DNA of 64,000 nucleotides from Cyanophora paradoxa CCMP329 (GCA_004431415.1 QPMI01000470.1:310001-374000); one strand, 5' to 3'. Shown: positions 43,489 to 57,683, numbered from the stretch's first letter. Numbers and translations are program-made. Notes: generated by a model from the sequence alone, not told the origin.

Positions 43489-46400
43489 ATGGCGGCTCCC
43501 TCAGCGCCCGTCGCGGCAGCGGGCGAAGTCCTGCTTGCAGGTGCGGCTTCCGACTCCCGCGTAATCCTGCCGCTTCGACCGTCAGTCTCGGGCTCTCGAC
43601 GGCTTCTAAACCCACGTACACACTATATGGGATCAACATCCGGGCCTCCCCGCGTCCCCACTGAGTCCGCGGCCCGCGCCATGAACCTATCATCGACCTC
43701 TTGCCCGATCCGCTTGCCGCACGACTTCCCTTCGATTTCTAGTGTACCGGACCTTTCCGCGAACCACCCCGATGACCGACCTTGTCGCTGCTAGCCAATG
43801 CGGACCTCGGCTCACACGGGACGCGCCTCTGACGGATTTCCGCCGTGCCCGCAGGCTGTACATCGTGGGCGATCACTGGGAAAGACATGCCGGATCCTGC
43901 CGGGAACCTCTTTGCCTTCCACCGCATCAAGCCGCTCATGGGGACCCGGATCAGGCGGGCGGTCACCGGCGGCACGGCGTCGCACAGCATGCTGATCACC
44001 GAAGACGGGAGGTGCCTCGTGTTCGGCAAGAACAACGACGGGCAGCTGGGCCTCGGGGACACGCGGCCGCGGCACATCCCCACGCCCCTCGAACTCCCCA
44101 ACGGCGAGCGCGCCGTCGACTGCGGCATCGGACGCAACTTCACCATCGTGCGTGACTGCCCCCGCCTCACGGCCCGGCCCGGGCCGACCCGGGCCGCCCC
44201 GCCCTGCCGCCGCCGCCGACGCGCGGGCGGCAGGTGCTCACTGAAAGCGGTGCCGCGTACGGGTTCGGCTTCAACAAACGCGGCGAGTGCGGAATCGGTA
44301 TACCCCTTTCCTTCTCCTTCCACTTCGTTCGCATTTCTGATCTCTGCCGCGCCCGCAGGCAACACTAGCGACAAGGCGAGCACGCAGCCGCGCCCCGAAT
44401 CCCGCCCCTTTCTGAGCCCTGGCCCCAGGTCTTGCGGCCTACGCCGGTCAAAATCTCCTCGAAAATCGTCAAGGTCGCGTGCGGGGTGCGCAGATGTACC
44501 CCACCTCGATCCCTGTACCCCGCGCGACCCGCCCCCTCGCCCCAGGACTACTTCACGATTATCATCGATGAGGCGGGGCGCGGTGCGGCGGGCCCCGCGG
44601 GGTACGGCGACCCGCGGTCGTCTCCGATGCCCCCTCGCAGCGTTCTCGTTCGGTCACCCTGAGAAGAACGTCCTCGGTACCCCCACGCCGCCCGCCCATC
44701 CACCCGCCCGCCGCCGCCCCCGCGCCGCCCGGCGAGCCGACCCGCCACGCGCGCAGGCCACGGGACGGACTACCAGTTCATAGAGACGAACAAAGTCTCT
44801 TTCGCACCGCAGCCAACGCCCAAGCCCGTGCGGGTGCGCATCGTACTCCCCGTCATCAAATCCCCCAGCGCGCGCTCGCTTCTGCGCGGGCCGACGTTGT
44901 GGGCCGCACGTACCCCAGGGCCTCGAGGGCAAGAAGATCACGATGGTAGCGTGCGGCAACCAGCACTCGGTACCCCCGTCTCGCGATCCGCTCCCTCCCC
45001 CCTCCGCTGATTCGCGTACCCAGGTGGCGGTGGACGACCAGAACCACGTGTTCAGCTGGGGATTCAACGGGTACGCGTATCCCGCGGCCCTCGGCTTCGC
45101 CCTTCCCGCGCACTCGTTCGAATCCGGTACCCAGGTACGGCCGCCTGGGTACAGGGGACACGAAGGACCAGCCCAGTGCGGTCGAACTCAAGAGCTTCAA
45201 GCCGCGCGAGGGTACCCCGCCCTCCCTTCTCCCCCCTTGTGCCCGCTTCTCTGAGCCTGTCTTCTCGCAGGGTACTCCAGTCTCAAGGCCGTCGCGTGCG
45301 GGTCCGTTCGCCCCTCCGCCCCGTACCCTCCCCTCCACCCTCTGATCCCGTACCCGTACCCCAGGGCTGCTGTTTCGATGGCTATCCTTGCGACGAAGGA
45401 GTGTTACATGTGGGGCCAGGTCAAGAAGACGGGCGACAGCTGGTGCGCGCGCGCCGCGCGCCCTCCTCCGCTCTGCTTCGGCCTGCCCGCGCGCGCGTCT
45501 CGCGCCTAGCGCCTCCTCGCGCCGCCCGCCATCCTGATGCATCGTACCCCCCGCCAGGATGACTCCCAAGTCTCACCCGGAGCTCGCTGGATGGGACACC
45601 AGGTGACCCCGCCCTCCCTCCTTCACCCTCTCCCTGCAATCGTACCCCTGACGCAACGCCGTACCCAGGGCGGCGTCCGCGGGTTCCTCGACGTACTTTG
45701 TGGCGGCAGACAAGAGCACTATCTGCTGGGGTATGGGATCCACGGGCGAGCTCGGGTGCGGTACCCCCGTCGCCTCTCTTCCCCGCCGAAGCTCATCTCG
45801 TACCCGCGCAGCCTCGGCGTCGGCGGCCCCAAGTCTTCGGCGAACCCCCGCAAGGCATCTCCCCCCGCTTTTTTTTCACTTTCACCCCTAACCTGTACCC
45901 CCTTCCAGGTGGACGGGCTGGAAGGCCTGGTCACCCTTTCGTGCGCTACCCCCCCTTCCCGTTTTCTCGAGGTTCCCGTATCCCCCTGACTCCCCCGAAA
46001 AAAGGGTCTCGGCCGGCCAGTCGCACACGCTCGTGGTCGTCGACGCGGACGCGGGCGCGGCGTTCCTCGAGAAGTGTGTACCCCTCTTCCAAAAAAAACA
46101 CTCGGTTCTTGCATCCTTCTAGCTAGCTGAATCACTCGCAGGTTCCCCGTCTACGAGCCGGAGGAGAAGGCGTACACGCCCAAGCCGGGGATGGAGGCCG
46201 CCGCGGGGGGGGAGGAGGGCGCCGAGAAGAAGAAGGGGCGGGGGCGGGCCCCCGGCGGCGGCGCCGCCGCGCCGGCCCCCGTGCGCACCGCCCCCTCCTC
46301 TCCCCATTCTTCATCCATCCATCTCTAAGATCTCTATCATAAGATCTCTAAGATCTCTATCCTTAGATCTCTATCCTAAGATCTCTAAGATCTCTATCCT

Positions 46401-46583
46401 AAGATCTCTTGGATCTCTAAGATCCCCCCGCAGAAAAAGGCGAAGCCGACGTACAATGAGGAGGACGAGCTGGGCACGGACAGCGGGGAGGGCGAGCCGG
46501 ATCCGGACGACGACGAGTGGGGCAAGTCCAAGAAGAAGAAGGCAAAGGGCAAGGGCAAGGGCAAGGGCAAGGGCGGCCGCTGA
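43489..46583 (+). CDS. RCC2: RCC1-repeat protein, RCC2/TD-60-like (many short exons)
   Basis: SHSMLITEDGRCLVFGKNNDGQLGLGD, VACGNQHS|VAVDDQNHVFSWGFNG|YGRLG, MWGQVKKTGDSWMTPK and GPKSSANPRK|VDGLEG, followed by a basic/acidic tail. Confidence 0.85.
46320..46423. repeat. Intronic simple repeat (atctctaag / atctctatcctaag units)
   Basis: A visible tandem array just before the last RCC2 acceptor. Confidence 0.85.
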
Positions 46584-47021
46584 GGGTAGGGTAGGGTAGT
46601 GGGAATGCGTTTGCTGTACCGGTGTACTTGAACAACACGATGCGGCCCGCGGCCCCGGCCCCGGCCCCGGCCGCTTGTGTTGCCCGCCCATGCACTGAGC
46701 TCTAGATCTGCTGGCGGGACCGGTTCTGCTACCGGTTCATGCGTGGGGGAATTCGCCAGGCTGCGCCCGGCGGCCCAGTGATATGATTGCGATCGCGAGC
46801 CCGGGCCGGGTCGGCGCCGGCCCAGTGATATGATTGGTCACATGCGCTGGGCCGGCCCGAAGGGCGGGAGGAGAGCGTTTGTTGTATCATAGTATTGGCG
46901 TACTCGAGCAACACTGTGACACGCCGTGACGTGTGCCCCCTGCCCGGCCCTAGCCCCCCCGCAGGGCTAGGGCTGCATTTGAGGGGACGGAATTCGCCAG
47001 GGGACGGGCCGGCCCGGCGGG

Positions 47022-48246
47022 TCACATGCGCGCGACGCCCTCGAGGGCGGCGACGGCGGAGCGGAGGTACGGCTCGCCCAGCAGCACGCAGAAGGAGAGC
47101 TGGTGGTGCGCCCTGTACACGCGCCTGGGCCGGGCCCTAATTATAAATGAAGCGGATCAATTTCGCTTTGTTAGGGAGCGCACCGGCGGCGCTCCCAGCC
47201 GGGGCGGGGCGGCATCGCCGCCGCGTGCGCCGCGAAGCAGGCGGACCCGAAGGAGGAGGCGAAGAGCGACATGTACCCGAGGTCGACCTCGGGGTCGCCC
47301 AGGTATCTTTCGGGGGAAGTAAGGGGGGGGTACGCGGATCGGAAACGAAGTAATCGCGTACCCCGCGGGATCGAAGAAGGCGGGCTCGCCGGAGGAAGAA
47401 AGCTCCGCCACGTTGCCGAACCAGAGGTCTCCGTGGACGACGCTGGCGCGGGGCGGGCCCAGCCCGTCGCCCTCCTCGGCCAGAACGCGGCGGGCGGCCT
47501 CAAGGAAGGGAGGGGCGAGGTCCGCCAGGGCCGGCGGGAGCGGCCCGCGGGCCGCCGCCAGCGCCTCAAGCTGCACGCGGAGGCGCCGCTCGACGAAGAA
47601 CGAAGGCCAGCAGCCGCTCCAGCCGTTCGGCTGCCGCGTGCTCCCAAGGAACGTGTCGGATTCGAACCCGAACGCGCGGTCCCCGAGCTCGGGCGGCGCG
47701 CCCGCGCGCGCCTCCGCGGGCGGCGGGGCGGAGTGCAGCCGCGCCAGCGAGGCGCCGAGCCGCCGCTTCGCCTCCTCTGAAGGGGGGGAGAGGTCCAGAC
47801 GCTCGTAGATTCCGAAGGCGCCGTCGACGCCGTCGCCCGCGCCGTCGTCCAGCGCGCCGACGTGCAGCGGCTCCGGCACGCGCACCGCTCCCGTCGCTGC
47901 GATGCATCTGTGGACGCGTCAGCTGCAGAACGTGCGTGGCCGCTCGAGCTCGAGCGCACCGCAGCACAGCGGCCTCCGATTCGAACGCCGCGCGCGCGAA
48001 CGGCGACGCGTTCGCCTTCACGAAGAGCCCGACCCGCTGCCGGCGCTCCCGCGGCCGCGAGCTCCCGTCGGCGGTCCTCCACGACCATTCGCCGGCAACA
48101 GCGAAGGCGGCGTGCGTGAAGCCGCCGCGCACGGGCTGCAGCTCGATCCGCGCCGGCGGGACGCCCAGCAGTCGGCCCAGCGCCTCGGCGACTTGCTGGC
48201 CGAGCCGCGCGCCGGCGGGGGCAGGCGTGGGGACTAGGCCGGGCAT
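47022..48246 (-). CDS. Fructosamine/ketosamine-3-kinase family protein (multi-exon)
   Basis: LFVKAN...FESEA, LARLH, FGFESDTFLGSTRQPNGW..WPSFFVERRL, VVHGDLWFGN, FDPA..GDPEVDL. The start codon is uncertain. Confidence 0.9.
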
Positions 48247-48908
48247 GCGCGTGCGCTGGCTGATGCTTTAGCACGCTGCCCAGTGGATGGCTAGGATGGC
48301 GAGGCCGAGCATCAGCAGTGATCCAATCGACGCGCGTCCAGCTGCAGCAGCTCCAGCTTGCAGGCTGGACGTCCAAAACGGTCCAGTTGTGGCGCGCGGT
48401 TTCCGGCCTCGACTTGCGAGCGACCCACGAATTCAAAGTCTCCGGTTCGGATTCAGACTGAAGAAATTCGGTAGTTCGCGTCGGCTCTCGCGAGATCTCG
48501 AGCCAGGAGGGCGGGTAGGACCCGGTAGGTGCTCATCGGGGCGCCAGCACGAGCCCAGAAGCGGCTCATACGAAAAACCTGCTCGCGGCAAACGTGGGAA
48601 GCAATCTTCCCGTCTTCCTCCAGCGATCGGCAGAGGCGAGTTCTGCGAGCCCAGCACGCTCTGCGAGAATTATCTACGCGAACGACCGCGCTCCCAGCGC
48701 CTCCCCTACCGAGTGACGGCGTGAGTTCCTTCAGCTTCATTGCAATTCGCCGGACGCTCGTCTCCTGCAACCCCAGATCGCTCTATCTAAGTCTAAGCAA
48801 ACGTTTCTCGTGCGTCTCTCATGCCACCGCGTGCTGTGCTGTGCAGGTTGCGTAGATTGTTCAATTGGCGCGAGTCGGCGCGTCCCGTCTGTTCCCACAA
48901 ATCGCCTC

Positions 48909-51803
48909 ATGGCGGCTCCAGCAGCAGTGGTCCAGCCACCAGAACCTCCTCCCGCACTCGCAGCCGAGTCTCCAGATCTCCGTCTGAACAAGCTCTCCAC
49001 ACCTGACAAGCTGCGGGTTAGCATCTCGAAGCAGAGCAGCTCCAGCTTGAGCCCTAAACTTCCTCCGGCCACGACAACCAGCGACCCGCCATCCCAGACG
49101 GCAACGAAACCAGCAGCATCCGATGGCCCAGCAGGCAGGAAAACGCCGCAGGCTTCCACCAGCAAGGTGGCCCGCACGCCCGTCGAATCGCAGGAAAAGA
49201 GTGCGGAAGATGTCGCGGTAACACCGGAATCCGCCCTGGTCACCGTGAAAGCGGAGCCGCGCAAGAGCGGCGAAAGCCCGACCAGCAGCAAGGGTGCGCA
49301 CCTCCGCTCCATTGCATCGCAGGATCGCTAGAGAAACTCTTCGAATGCAGAATCATTGAATGCGCTTCGGCCAGCGCCCCGTCCGCGATTTTGCAGAGAT
49401 TTGATCCCGGCCTCGCGCAGGTCGCAAGGATCCCGAGGGGGCGCAGGCGCAGCTTCAGAAGCGGCTCACGGAGCCGATTCGCAAGACGATCGAGGTCGTC
49501 CTCGGGACTCGGACGTACCAGCAGCTCGCGGACGTCGTCACGAAGGAGCACCTCGAGACCGCCATGCGCGCGCTGCGGCCCGAGCGCATCACGACGTCTC
49601 TGTCGCGCCGCACGCTCTTCGAAGAGATCCGTCGCAACGCGGGTCCCGCCGAAACCGAGGACGTTCAGGCGGCGATCAAATCTGCGCAGAGCTACGGGGA
49701 CCTCCCGGAGTGGATCACGCGCGCCCAGCTGCAGGCGCTGCTGAAGCGCCTCCGGCCGGAGCGCTCCGTCCAGCCGCTCTCCCGCGGAGCGCTGTACGAG
49801 GAGCTGCGGACCGTCGTCCGGCAGGCCAGCGCCTCGCCCTCCAGCAGCTCGCCCCCGGGCTCTTCTTCCTCCCCCGCCGGCTCGTCCGGCTCCCCGCCAG
49901 CTGCCAGCAGCGATCGCTCCAAAGATCTGCGTGCGTACCCCTCTCGCCCGCGCCGCCGCCGCCGCATCCGACTCGGCGCGCCGCAGCGACGCCCGAGCTC
50001 CCGCCCGTCGGCGAGCCCTGGAACCTGACAGAGGAGGAGACGCAGCGGGTGAGCCAGCGCGCGCTCGCTCCCGGCCCCCACGCGCGCCGCCGGGGCCGAC
50101 CCGGCCGGCCGGCCCGCCCCGCCCCCTCCGCCGCTGCAGGTCCCGACGGCGACGCTTCGCGAGCGGCTCGAGCTCGTGCGGCCGGACCTCAAGCTCGACG
50201 GCTACTCGCGGCGCAGCATCCTGGACGCTCTGATCCGCGCGGACCGCGCGAAGCCGAGTGCGCCCGCCCGCCCGATCGCTTCGATGCGACGCTAACCGAC
50301 GCGCCCGACGTTCCGCCAGCAATACGGAAGCCACGGGAGAAGGACGCGAGCAAGGCCGCGAAGGAGCGGCCGCCGAGCGAGCCGCGGGGCGTGGCGACGG
50401 GCCGCGGCGAGCGGCGCCCGCGCGCCTCGGCGGCCGGCGCGCGGCAGGCGACCCTTGCCGCCCGCAACGGCGGCATGGGCGCTTCGGAGGAGGAACCGGC
50501 GGAGGGCGCCATCGTCCCGGCGCCCTCTGGCTTCGGGCCGGCGGGGCCCTCCCGCCCCCGGCGCTCCGCCGCGTCGACCCCGCCGGACCGCGAGGACGGC
50601 AGCGAGGCGAGCGGGAGCGGCAGCGAGGCGGAGGGCGAGGAGGCGGCGGAGGCGGAGGCGGAAGCGGAAGTCGGCGGCGAGGCCGACGCCGACGCGGACG
50701 CTGAGGAGGCGTCACAGAGCGGCGGGGGCGGCGGCGGCGGCGGCGGCGGCGGGAGGAAGGGCAAGGGAGCGTCATCGGCGGCGGCGGCGGCGGGAGGGCG
50801 CCGGGAGTCCTCCCGCGCCCTGGTCAAGTACGAGCCGCCGTCCGAGTCGCCGAGCCCGCACGAGGGCACGTCGGCCCGGACGCGGCCCATCGGCCCCAAG
50901 CAGCAGAAGTCCGCCTCGGGGAAGGCCTCTTCCTCCTCCAAGATCGACCCGGTGACCCTCATACCCCTCGCGACGCTCGAGAGCCTACCCCCCGGCGCGG
51001 AGGCGTACCTCCCCTTCGTCAAGCGGGGGCGGGGCCGGCCCAAGGGCAGCACCAAGTCCAACCCGGCGTACGTCGCGGCAAAGGCGGCGGCAGCCGCCGC
51101 GACGGCCGCCGCGCTCAACGCGGTCAAGCGGAGGCGGGATGCCAGCATCGTCGGCGTCGGCGGAATGCGGGTTGGGTACGGCCACAGGAAGCTCAAGAAG
51201 CAACGCCTGGCGGACGGCTCAGCGGCTCCGACAGCAGCTTCGGCGGCGGCGGGCAAGGGTCGCGGGGGCGCGGCGGCGGGGGCGAGGCGCGGGGTCGCCG
51301 GCAAGCGGCGCCGGGAGGACGAGAGCGGCGAGGAGGAGAACGGGGAGGGCGGCGCCGGGGGCGACGAGGACGAGGACGAGGACGACGACGGCATGGACGA
51401 GGGCGGGCCCTGGCGCGCCCTTCCCACGTGGGGCTGCTCCAACACTCCCTCCATGGCCGAAGAGGAGGACACGAGCGAGGAGGAGGGCGAGGGCGGGGAC
51501 GGGGTCGGCCGCGGTCACGGGCAGGGCCAGGGCCACATCCGCCCGCTCCCGCTCCCCTCGTCCTCCGGAGAGGAGCAGCAGCAGCAGCAGCAGCAGCCGG
51601 CGGGCCCCGGCGCCCTCGCGCTGGCGCGCGTACCCCCCAGCGTCAGCGTCTTGGAGGGCGAGCTGATGATGGCGTTCGCTGCGCGGGCGGCGGCCGAGCG
51701 CCCGGCGGCCGTGTTCGCGGCCGCGGCCCCGGCCCCGGCCGCGGCGCACGCCCTGCCGACGGCTGCACAGCCCGCGACGGCGGCGACGCCAGCGGCGGCG
51801 CCA

Positions 51804-51836
<33 letters not shown>

Positions 51837-52271
51837 GAGGAAGGAGCGCGGCCCGCGGCCGTGCCGGTGGCCATCGTTGCCTCTTCCACGGGGCCGGCGC
51901 GGCCGCTGCGGCCCACGCCGCCGCCGGGGACCGAGCAGGCGAGCGAGCCGGCGGGAGTACCCGGCCCCGTCAGCGCCCTCGCCCTCCGCGAGGGGGGGTA
52001 CGACGCCAAGCCCTTCGACTGCTTCCTGCGCGAGGACGTCGCCCCGCGGCTCAGCGTACCCCTCTCCGCCGACGAGGAGGCCGACCTCGTCTGTAAGGTT
52101 GCGAACGAAGGGAAGCTGGGTACCGCAGGCGACCTCCGCCGGTACCTCCGCATGGCGTCGCAGGGCCTTCTACCCCCCCACGTCTTCGCGGCCGGCCTGC
52201 CTGCTCTCTTCACCCGCCCCGGCGTCCTCGCCGCCGTCTGTACCCTCTTCGGCCTCGGCTTCGAGCTGTGA
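48909..52271 (+). CDS. Large low-complexity nuclear protein with an AT-hook (multi-exon)
   Basis: KRGRGRPKGS, NLS-like basic tracts, acidic and poly-Q runs, and a globular-looking C-terminus. Consistent + strand exons. Confidence 0.6.
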
Positions 52272-52602
52272 TCATATGAGCCTTCGTCCTTTCTTCCCCC
52301 TCCGCTTTTCGATCGATACTGTAGCTAGAGAGCGGCCGGCTCTCAGCCCAAGCTTCAGCTTTCAATGAGATCATTCATTTGCAGTTACCGTTCCAGTATT
52401 TGGCACGCAGCCCTCCGCCCCCATGCACGTCAGTTCGTTACTTCTAGATCCAGGATTGGTATTGCAGTCGCTCGCGCATGATTGCATCATTGCAATTCCA
52501 AGAGATTTTTTTCCCTCGATCAACAGTGACCGAGGAAACGCGGCGCGGGTGCGGGCGGGCCGGGGCCGGGGCCGCTTGCCAGCATAGTTGCTGGCTGGCT
52601 AG

Positions 52603-55600
52603 CTAGCGTTCGCGATCGAAGAAGGGCGCCTTCGCCACGCCGCGGGGCCCCTCGAACGTCCGGCCCGTGCACCGCTCCACCCGCGTCCGCACCGCGCCCC
52701 GGACCTGGAGCGCGGGAGGGAGGGAGGGAGGGCGAGAGGTCAGGGCCGGTGAATAGGGGAGGGATAAGCAGATAGGGTGTACCGGGATGTGGTGGTGGTC
52801 GGCCCGGCGGATCATGTCTGGTCGGAACGGGTCAACCTCGCGCTCCGGAAAGGGGCGAAATCGAAAGGGCGGGCGGACCGGCTGCGCCCTGCGCGGCTGC
52901 CGAGAGCCGCTGGTTGGCCCCCGGCGTCGGCGCACCCGGGCGCGACTCCGGCGCGTCCTGTTCGCCTCCAGTCAGCGCGGGCCGCGTACCCCCCCGCTTT
53001 ATTCCCCCCTGCTCACCTGAACGAGGACGGAGGCGAGGGTCTCGTACATCCAGGACATGAAACCACGCTCTCCCTCTGTCTTCTGGCTCCCGTCCCACAC
53101 TGCGGGCAGGCGGAAGGGGGGTACGTCCGGTTACGAAGGGGACGGCGGCGGCGGCGGGGGGTACGGTATTCTCGCGTTCGCGGCGCACGTGCTTCGGCGG
53201 CGCTGACGTGGACGAAGGCGCGGGCGTCCTGCCCGGCGGCGAGCCACATATGCGCGACGTTCGCCTGCGGGATACGCGAATCGAAGGCCAACCCGAAAGC
53301 GGGGGAGGTGGGGGGGAAGGGGGAGTACCTCGATCCAGATAGGGCCGCGGCCTACGCGGGTGGTACCCCGGAGGCACGCCTCGAGCTCCTTAAGCACCTC
53401 TGGGTCCTGAGGTACGGAGTTCAGAGGGTTCGGGGTAGGGGGGTAGGGGGTTGGGGTGGGGTGGGGGGAAGAATACGGACCCGGAGTACAGAGGCGGCGT
53501 ACACGAGCGTTGAGTAGCTCGCGGGTAGGCCGGTCTTGCCCTGGGGTACACGATTCAGATGCATAGGGGGGGGGGGGACGGTATAGGTCCCCGGAGGAGG
53601 GAGGGGGGTGGGGGTACCTCCGCGTGCAGCGCGTTGAGATTCCGAATCTTCGTCATCATCCAGTCCCTGGGGGGGGGGGGGGGGGGGGGGGAAGGTCGAC
53701 GGGGGCACGCGAGTTGGAAGGGGGTACCCCCTCCGCACTTGGAGTTGGGGTCGAGGACAATGCGGCTCGTCTTGCGGGTGTAGTGCAGGATAGTACCCGT
53801 CTTCCGACTGGGGGTACGGGAACTCTCAGGGGAGGGGTACGCGGATCGTCGAGGGGGGTACGGCGCACTCGACGAGCCCAGGCTCCGCGAGGACCATGTT
53901 GCAAACCTGCCGCGGGGGTAGAATGAGCGAGGCGAGGCCCAGAGGCCAAAGTGGCGCAGGCGGTCACCGTGTAGCACTCCTGGTACCCCTCAGGGGACCG
54001 TTGGGCCGTGAGTAGGTTCACCTGGCCGCCCCGTCAGTCAGGATGATCGGGGGGGGGGGGAGAAGGCGGCCGGGGTACGCGAACCCAGCGGCGAACGAAG
54101 CCCGAGAGGTCGAAGGGCTCGAGCACGGGCCGGTCGACGGGGCTCGGGGGGGTACCGGGGGGCGCCGGCGCCGGCGGGGCGCGCCCGAACACGCCGGCGA
54201 TGGGCGCCGGCTCCTCAGAGGCAGAAGCAGAAGAAGAGGCAGCGGCGGGTGGAGCGGCGGCAGGCGCAGGGGACGATCCCGCCGGGGTCGAAGCTGGAGC
54301 CGTCGACGCCGCCGCAGCCTTTCCAGAAGAAGAAGGAGGAGAAGAAGGCGGAGAGTCGTCCTCCTCCTCCTCCTCACAATAAGAAGCAGGGGCCGAAGAA
54401 GCCGAAGAAGCCAAAGCCGAAGAAGGAGGAGAAGGGCGGCGCGCGAGGATCGCCTCGTAGAGGCGCCGGGCGAGGGGCGGGCCCAGCAGCGGGTCGGCCA
54501 GGACGTCCTCCAGCATCCTGCGCCGAAAAAGACTGAGCGGAGAAGAAGAAGAAGAAAAAGGGCGAGAAAGACGACGGGCGACTCCCCAAGAAAGAGTAGA
54601 CTAGCTAGAGGAGGAGGAGGAAGAGGAGGAGGAGGAGGAGGGGCAACACTAGACTAGACTGGACTGGACTGGACAGCAGTCTCAAGGCGAAAACCGAGCG
54701 TTCTCTAAGCGAGGACCGAGCGTTCTCCTAGAACGACTAGACTAGCTAGAGATCGGACACGGTATAGATTAGACGATCTCTAAGCGAAGAGCGAGCGAGC
54801 GAGCGAGCAGGCGAGCAGACAGATCTAATCTCCTAGAAACAGCTAGAAACAGCTAGGTCCTCGCCTTGAGACTGCTGTCTAGTCCAGTCTGGTCTGGTTT
54901 AGTCTTTTGCCGAGCGGGCGGGGGGGCGCACCCGCAGGCGAGGTCCACGTCTGCCTAGAAACAGCTAGAAAACAGCTAGAAAACAGCTAGAAACAGCTGG
55001 AGATAGAGATATGGAGATAGAGTGAAACAGCTAGAAACAGCTAGAAACAGCTAAAACAGGCGAGGACCGAGCGGGCGGGCGGGCAGGCGGGCGGGCGCAC
55101 CCGCAGGCGAGGTCCACGTCGGCCTTGGAGCTGACGAGCGCCGCGGCCTGGGTACAGGGGAACGCGGGTGAGGGGCGGGCGATTGCGGGGCGGCTTGGGG
55201 CGACTTCAGCCATCCTTTAGGCCATCCTTTAGAACTAAAAAGACTAAAAGACTTGGGACTAAAACTTTGGGCGGGCTCCTTTTTTTTGGGGGGGGGGAGG
55301 GGGGGGGAGCGATGGCGGGCTCCTTAGGGTGCACGGGCAAGGGGTAGGCACGGGGGAGCTCCTTAGGGTCCCATTTGGAGCTCCTTAGGGTACGCGGCTA
55401 AGGGGCGGACGATGGCGTGGCGTCTTAGGTCTCCTTATGGTACGCGGGTAAGGGGCGGGCGATGGCGACTCAGGGCGCGGGCTCTACTTATGGGGGGCGG
55501 GCGATGGCGCGGCGACTTGGGGCCCCTTGGAGTACGCGGGTAAGGGGTGGGCGGCGGGGGGTGCAGGGAAGGGCGGGGGCTCTCCTCAGGGCCTCTTTAG

Positions 55601-57683
55601 GGGCTCGTTAGGGTAGGCGGGTAAGGGGTGGGCGATGGCGCGGCGACTTAAGGCGGCCTTTAGGTACGCTGAGGGTACTCCTTAGGGTACACGGGTACGC
55701 TTTTTAGGGGGGTACAAGGAAGGGCGGGGGCTCGCCTGGAGGACGTGGCGGGTGATGACCTCGGCTTTCGCGCGGTCGCCCCCCGTACCCCGCCGCAGCA
55801 TCGTCTGAGGCGGGGGGGGGCGCCGGCCGGTCAGGTCAGGGGAGCAAAGGCGGAGGGAGCGGGCTCCGCTCCGCTCGGCGGTCCCAGGCCCCCGACCCCG
55901 ACCCCGCTGCAGACTTCTGCGCCTTGGATGGTCTAACGATGTTCTAGAGGCGTTCGCGCCCAGGGCTGGGCTTTGGACTCCCCCCCCCCCCCTCCTCCTC
56001 CCCCCCCCAGCCACGCGTACCCGGGCGACGTCGGAGGCGATGAGGAACTCGGTGCGGGCCGGCGGGGGGCCCGAGCCCGGCGCCCTGAACCGCGCGAGGG
56101 TCGCGTACACCGGCGCCGGGTCCGCCAGCTCGTTCCTCGCGCCCTGCGGTGGGGTACGGGGTACGGAGGTTTAGTAAGGGGGGGGGGGAGAGGGCGGGGT
56201 AGCGCGCGCCTGGAGAAAGCCGGCGAGGAGGTCCATACCCAGGCCCGGGGCGGCCTCCTCGAAGGGGGGTACGACGAGGTCCGCGAGGGCGTCGATGGCG
56301 GAGGGGGGGACGAGCGCCGGGTACAGGCGGCGGGCCCAGTCGCGGGCCATGTTTCGCGTGTTGCCGTACACCGGCCCGCTCTCGACGAAGTGGGCGGCGA
56401 TGGCGCGTATCCGGGCCCGGGCCGCCTCGACAAGTTCGGGGTCCGGGGGGGATTGAAGCGGGGTGGGGTCCCGGGACCGGCGCCCATTCAGTCCCAGAGC
56501 CCGCCGAACGATCGCCGACGTCGCGTACCTAAAAATAGAGCGCCGCGTAAGGACCGGTACGGGGGAGGAGCGGGAGGGGGATACGCACAGCATGGCCCAG
56601 TCCACCTGGCGGCGGATCTCGGGTACGGACGAGACTTGGCGCCTGGGGGTACGATTTCAGGGCGCGCGTGGGGGTACGGGGATCGAGGAAGGGGGGTTAC
56701 CGCGCGGTCTCGAAGTCGCCGAGGAGGACGTACCCCGCCGCGCGGCTCTGGAGGAGGGGCCACTCCTCCTTGCCGCAGGGGGATACAGGGCGTGATCCGG
56801 TACCCGGGGTCAGAACGCTGGCGTCCGTTTCGCCCCTTTCGATAGCACCGGCGAGCCTGCGCCGAAAGTCCGTAAGGATAGGGGCGGGGCGGGGTACGGC
56901 GAAGCGCAGCGGACCACTCTTCGGCCCTCCGCCAGCTGGCCGGGTCGTCCCGACACACGTAGTGATACATCACGGGGTGGAAGTGCTTCGCGGTGATCTG
57001 CGGGGGCGGTCAGGGGCGGGCAAAGGGACTTGGGAAGGGCGGGCGGGGACACCTTCACGCCCAGCGCGGGACAGGAGCGCACGAGCGCCTCAGCGCGAGC
57101 GCCGTCCGAGTGCTTGGTTGCGAGCTCGTGGATCTGAGCGGGGCGCGCGCGCATGAGGCGAGCGCCGCGGCGTCCGCTTCGGGCCGCTGCGCACCACCCT
57201 GGCCGCGACGGCCTCGCGGAACGGCGGGGGCACAAGCTCCTCGAGCGCAGCCTTTATCTGCAGCGCCTGCGCGAGCGGCGTGCCGCGTCGGGGGGCGCGG
57301 ACGGGCGGGCGGCGGGCCGAGAGGCGGCGTAAAGGTACCGCGGGCTCGAAAGCCTCGGGGCTCGACGCGAGCGCCACCTCGACGCCGCGGCGGATAGCCT
57401 CAGAGAAGATCTTGATCCGGAACACCTCAGGCTTCCCCCGCGGCCGCTGCGTCCACTTCCCACGGGCTGGCGAGCGGGGCGCCTGCCGGGCCTGGGCCGG
57501 CGGCGGTCCCCCTCCGATCCCGGCGGCCTCCGATGCCAGCGTTCGTATCACAGGCCGCCCGAGCAGCGCGCCCGGGCGCATCCGGAGCGCGAGTGCGGTC
57601 GGGTGCTGTGCGCCGGTCGGAGAAGCTCGCATTACCGTCGCCGTTCGCGCCAGCGCCAGTGGAGCTGACCGCGCCGCGCCCAT
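52603..57683 (-). CDS. Multi-exon gene of unknown function, possibly organelle-targeted
   Basis: Ala/Arg-rich transit-like start (MGAARSAPLALARTATVMRAS). Many short minus-strand exons with splice sites (ITAKHFHPVMYHYVCRDD, IPQANVAHMWLAAGQDARAFVHV). The exon chain is not fully resolved. Confidence 0.5.
54590..55690. repeat. Intronic repeat-rich tract: ctaga/ctgga and ctagaaacag arrays, an inverted repeat pair and degenerate cttagggtacgcgggtaagggg units
   Basis: Directly visible. 54661-54690 is nearly the reverse complement of 54861-54890. Confidence 0.75.

Noticed and set aside
55230-55690. TTAGGG words suggesting an interstitial telomere
   Set aside because: They are isolated hexamers within a degenerate ~60-bp minisatellite, not tandem telomeric repeats.
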